A DNA stretch of 64,000 bases from Lingula anatina (lineage: Eukaryota > Animalia > Brachiopoda): NCBI GenBank assembly GCA_051362555.1, contig JBPQGU010000016.1, positions 496,001-560,000 on the forward strand, read 5' to 3'. Under the pieces are notes generated by a model. The model saw only the letters and a program-made list of their open reading frames with translations. It made no database searches and was not told the origin of the DNA. Of this stretch, positions 58,530 through 64,000 are shown one piece after another (position 1 is the first letter of the stretch; each line of letters begins with the position of its first letter). A program made the translations under genes and the position numbers.

Positions 58530-58760
58530 GAGAAAGAGAAAAAGAGAGAGATGGAATAGGGAGAGACATGGGAGAGAGAGCAAGAGAAAAAGAGAGATGG
58601 AGGAAGGAGAGAGATGAGAGAGAGAGAGAGTGAGAGGGAGATGGGAGCAAGAGAGAGAGAGAGAGAGATGGGAGCGAGAGAGAGGTTGGGAGGAAGAGAG
58701 GAAAGAAGAGAGGGAAAAAAAAGAGAGAGAGGAGAGAGAGAAAGAGAGAGAGTGAGAGAT
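58492..58760. repeat. GA-rich polypurine low-complexity tract
   Basis: Direct read; source of spurious SL-rich ORFs. Confidence 0.9.
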
Positions 58761-59044
58761 GCCACATATCCAGACTGAGATCAAGTATGCCATGTGACTC
58801 AGGATTTACTTGAAACCAACCCTGTGCTACCAGCTTGCCTCTGTTGGTTCCAATAATGGCTCTCAAACTCAGGGTGTGAAAAAATGACGGATCATAATTC
58901 TGACTTGTTTGCTCCAGGAGATGCCATTTCCATTCAATTCCTGCTGATTTAAGAAATATGAATCAAAGTAATTAAGTTGCCTTGCTGTGTTTTGCACAGT
59001 GCATATTGTCCAGATATATATTTACTGTTTTTATTGAGGTAGGC

Positions 59045-59224
59045 TACCCTCTACCAGGGCGACTGATAGATTTTTACGGATATTCACAGATATGTCTCTA
59101 GCTAGATAGATTGTCATTTTAACTCTAAGTGACTTAGAGAAGTGAGTTAAAATGACAATCTATCTAGCTAGAGACATATCTGTGAATATCCGTAAAAATC
59201 TATCAGTCGCCCTGGTAGAGGGTA
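59045..59224. mobile_element. Foldback MITE: perfect 81-bp inverted arms, 18-nt loop, 9-bp TSD (Mutator-like)
   Basis: Arms 59045-59125 and 59144-59224; TSD gaggtaggc at 59036-59044 and 59225-59233. Confidence 0.9.
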
Positions 59225-61605
59225 GAGGTAGGCAGTGTTATAATATTAGGATAACAATGGGATGAAGGAATTACCTCAGTTTGAAATTTTTCTCACCAAT
59301 TTGTTTTCTGGTTGACTATAAACTTGATTTCATGATTAGGTTTTCATGTATCTATATATATATATATATATATACAGATTTGTTTGTTTTTTCCTAGATT
59401 TTTTTTATGAATCTTATATTTATTAACCACTGTCATTTATTTATTTACTGTATTTATTTATTTATTGCATTCTATTCATTTATTTATCTGTTCATTATTT
59501 ATCTATTTATTTATTTACTGTTTTTTGTTTATTCATTTATTCGTTCATTCATTCATTCTTATTAATTGATTTCTTTATTTGTTTATTTATTTGTCTACTT
59601 TGTTCTGTTTTGCAAAACATTTTCGAGAACTCAGACAAACATACCTGAAGACAGCGGTGGCATGCAGTGACCTTGACATTTCAGGAGAATGTTTTGCTGT
59701 GTGTTTTTGAAGTCATTAACGGCACTTGATCTATGGTATGTGTTGTGCCACTGGCACCCTGTAGTACTCTATGTCTGCCTATGCCAATTCCAGGGTGAAG
59801 TTACTTTTTTGCCAAATTGCTGGATAGTGTTAACCGTAAGTAACAAGACAATATCAACCAAGTCAGATATATGAACTGAATATGTGTGGTATTAATTTTG
59901 TAAAAAGGAATTCATGAAAATGATTTGCATGTACATTGGCCAAATTGTTTGGAATCGGTTGGCAGAATTTATTATGTCAGGTACTAGTAGGTGATTCCTA
60001 GACAGTGGATAGTGCCTACTAGTACTAGTATTCATAGAATATGTTAACCCACAAAATGTTCCATACATTTGGCATTTTTACAGAGAAACTGCTCCTAATG
60101 TCTGGTGGATGTCAGTGAAAAATCGGCTGAAAAAAAAAGGCGCAGTTCTAATTTTTTAGCTCTCAAGCTTGATTGATTTTGGTAAGAGTTTCTTGTGTCG
60201 TACTTTTTTTTTTTTTTTTTTTTTTTTGTAGTTGTCTTTATTAGCACAATTTAGTCATTACCTTTTTTTTTCATTTGTTGATTCAGGAGTATGACATTAC
60301 TTTTTTTCTGGACCCAATCCACCTATTTCTATCTGACTTTACAAATATAATGTGAAAAAGAAGACAAAAAATTGATTACAGCACCCCAGTTATTGAATCA
60401 CGTACAAATATTATGACTAGACTGTAAATTATGGACAATTATCTAATGTTGATGTTTTGTTCCCAAGGTTAAATTTGCCTGACAGATCTTTTATTTTCTT
60501 GTTTACGATCTCTGCGCTGTCAGTTAAATTAAAGGCAAGCTGGCTATTGATTCTTGACAGAATTAACATTTAACCCTCTTGGGTATGTATCAAAGAAACA
60601 ATAGCGATGAGAAGACATCACATACATGTATCGATTTATCTACGGAAAAAATATGAAAATGCAACGATAGATCTTTCTCCATGGTGTGACACTCTAAAGG
60701 AATTGTAAATTTAATTTATTTTTTGTAGGGAGTCAATTTTGGAGAATTAATTTCTATAGAACTGTCTCTTCAGTAATGACAGAATCATTCAGGCCGATGA
60801 ATTCAGCAAGGGGCAGTTTCGCAAAATAATTTTAGCCTGAACATAGGTATCAACTTAAAGGACCAAAATCATGGTCTTCTTTGTGAGGAGGAGGAGGGTG
60901 TGTTTAGGTGACTGTTACAGCCATGCTATAAAGTTCTCAATCTCTCATGACATATAATGGCAAAAACTTGAAGATTTAATCAGTCTTGAAAATTTTGTCA
61001 GAAGATTGTCTGCCAATGTAATTTTTTTTTCACTTTGAAAACTTTGTCAAACTTGAATCTTGGCCTCTCAATTATTTAAAAAAGTTTGTCACCTAATATG
61101 GCTGTGTCATATTCACATATTTTATAATAATCGTGAATGTTTAAGTGATGGTATTTTTTAAATCTTTTACCACAGTGAAATAGGGGCTAAATTATTCCAC
61201 CCCAAGTGAATTGGAAATGGGGTTTAATGGGCTCAGATAGAGCTCAATTCCATTCTGCTGCTGGCAGTGACTCAGGACTTCACTAACCATTCCTTGTGTC
61301 CAATAACAGAATGATATAAAGATATAATTTTGCAATTTCACTAGACAAAAGCTTGGAAATTCTTTCATTAGATGTAAATTTGTGACATTGACATATGGAG
61401 ATTTAATACTTTACCAATGACATATATATGTCAAATATCTATCACAATAATATTGGAACTATGATTTATAAGAGCCTAAGCAATGACAGTTATTTGTGTT
61501 TTAATAACTTCTTCACTTAACTGATTGAATTATAGGATTTTAGGATATTATTTATTTTGTTTATTTCTTAGTACACCCAATGCCTGCACACACACGAACA
61601 TAGCT

Positions 61606-61647
<42 letters not shown>

Positions 61648-64000
61648 TCATTTATATGGTAAACACAATAATTACCCATGGGATTAAATGATCTACAAAT
61701 ATATCTGTGTTAATGTGTCCAGTAGATTAGCTTGATTATACCTCAGGGCTAGTGGAAGAGTGCATGAGAAATCCCCATTTGTTGGGGTAAGGGGAGGGGC
61801 CAGAGCCGGGCGGCCATTATTGTCATGATGATATTACTATTATTATTGTGCTTGAGGGAAAGGGATATTTGCATTACATGACTGTTTGCGTGTATATGGA
61901 TACATACCTGAGACTGGATATGGCATTGTTTAAAACTCATTGAGGGAAATGTTGATTTTTTTGCTATGTTGTGATGTATTTTTGTTAAATGAGTTGGATA
62001 TAGTTGTGCGAGTTTTTTACTTGCAATGGAGTTAAGGAAGACATATTCTGGTGAGTTAGCTGGATGCTTTACCAGTAATGTTCATGTATGGATTGTTTTG
62101 TTTTTGATCATAACTTTGGAATATGTGAGTTACAATGGAGCCAATAATTCTTCACATGTTTAACTTAGTGTCTGTTGGGATGAATTTTGTGGAAGTTTGT
62201 GTTTGTGTGTGTGTGTGTGTGTGCGTGTGTGCGTACGTTTGTGTGTGTGTTCCTGTACAAGTTTGCCTTTGTATGTTATTATGTTATATATGTGTGTCAC
62301 GTTTGTGTATGTGCAGTATGTGTCTTTGCATGCTCCGAGGGAGTAACATCACAAAAATAATTCACAAGACAGAGATAGTGAGTACTTAGTAAAATGTTGA
62401 CAGGAAAAAAAGAAGTCAACTTAAATCCTCTACCAGGAAGTTAAATAAAAAGAATTGATTACACGATGCAGTTGATAATTACTGATGATTGTCATACATA
62501 ATTGCTGTGTTTTACAAGATTATCTCAAAGAGGGCATTTTGGATTTTAAATCTACAGAAGTTCATCTTAACAGAGTGTTTTCAGATAAGATTATGAATAT
62601 AGTGTGGATTGTGCCAAGAGGAACAAGTTAGATTTTTTTAACTGGCTGCTATATATAATACTAGTAATCTAACATTTTTTTGCACTACGTAACAATATTT
62701 CATAGTAAAAACTCTAAATTTAGCTGAACATTGAATTGAGGACACACACACACACACACTCACACACACACACACACACAGTAACTTTAAGTGTACATAT
62801 CATTCATGACACAGCTGAAAAAATACTAAATGTAAGATAGTGTGCCACAAGTCTTCATTTAGCTTATTTTATGACCATTGTCTTGTTTATATTGATAATA
62901 CCCAGGTAAAATAATATAAATCACACTGATAAGTGCCGTACACACTAGAATGTGAATAGTTCATGGCATTTATTTATATCACAAATGTACTCTGTAACTT
63001 TAAAGGTGAAGACCCAGTCAAGCTAATAAAAATGTCATATTGGTGACTGTGTATTTATTAGGCTTTGATATGCATCTTGATTGTTCTGACTCTAGTTTTA
63101 TTAATTAATTAAATAATTTGCATATATATTTATTTATTTCTGATATTTGAAAAAAGTATTTACTGTACTTGTATTTGGCTAAAATTCTTACTAGTAGCAG
63201 TTTTCATTAAAAGTGACATATACATGTATATGAATGAACACGCGCGTGCACACACACACACACACACACGGAGCTTATTTTTAAGCTCCGTGTCATAAAA
63301 GTACACGAACACGCATGTATCACAAATATATTTTAAGAATACCATGCACTTATGAAACTGGGTGGCTTAGCCTGTGGCTAGCACTGATAACAGGAGTTTG
63401 GTTAGCAGTTGATCAACCACAGACACATGAACACGACATACTGCCCCGTTTACACAAGGTGGACTGGCCTTCCCAGTTGCAAACCTGATTTGCCCCAAAA
63501 AAACTCCATCTGTCTGACATATTATGAAGTAAAGATTTGGTAAGATCAACTCAAAGTCTAGTGACACACACTTAGGCATGCGCGCATGCACGTGCACACA
63601 CACCCAAACACATATGATCCTATTTAAAGCTTGTTGCAAGATTTCTGAACTCAGACAGACTATTAAGGAAAGGAATGGTATTGAAAAATGAAAATGCCTT
63701 CACTATGCAGATTAAGTGTGGTGTCTTGAACCAAACAGACCAAGTCTGGTTGCACCACATTGTACTGTGTAGACAAGTTTAGAAAACAGTACAAAAGACG
63801 CCCAAAGACAAAAAAAAAAAGGTATAAAGTGATAGGCAACTGCACAGGCACGACAGATAGATGTATACATGTATATAATTATAGTGCAGCATATTCCTCA
63901 GAAAGGTTTACTTTGAACCTTTGAACTTCTGATGCTGAGAAGTGGACAGAGAGATTACTAAATCAGAGGTTCTGTCGCCAGATTATGATGTAGTGTGTGT

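Noticed and set aside
58370-58866. Ser/Leu-rich ORFs up to 131 aa (also 22153-22487, 50618-50875)
   Set aside because: Translations of (GA)n/(CT)n microsatellites.

Overview
AT-rich, intron- and repeat-rich metazoan DNA (invertebrate-like, plausibly mollusc; not prokaryotic). Positions 810-49863 hold a complete minus-strand TDRD7/Tapas-like germ-granule gene, reconstructed by hand as 31 phase-consistent GT-AG coding exons (3876 nt, ~1290 aa). Its architecture is eLOTUS - dsRBD-like - LOTUS - 4 extended Tudor domains. A two-exon BTB/POZ gene is nested antisense in intron 7. The introns hold non-autonomous elements: Helentron/HINE-like elements with 146-bp and 161-bp satellite arrays, plus TTAA-, TA-, 6-, 8- and 9-bp-TSD MITEs, several nested in each other. 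Four oddities stand out. (i) Four Tudor-coding exons have their 3' end, usually with the splice donor, copied into the following intron, from fresh 17x80-bp and ~10x41-bp arrays to old diverged echoes. (ii) The splice acceptors on either side of the dsRBD cassette are homologous to each other and abut the same HINE terminus. (iii) A satellite higher-order repeat is forming inside one HINE. (iv) Its 146-bp monomer carries a perfect nuclear-receptor DR1 site. I could support no coding sequence in 50.6-64 kb. All calls are by eye; no database searches were run.
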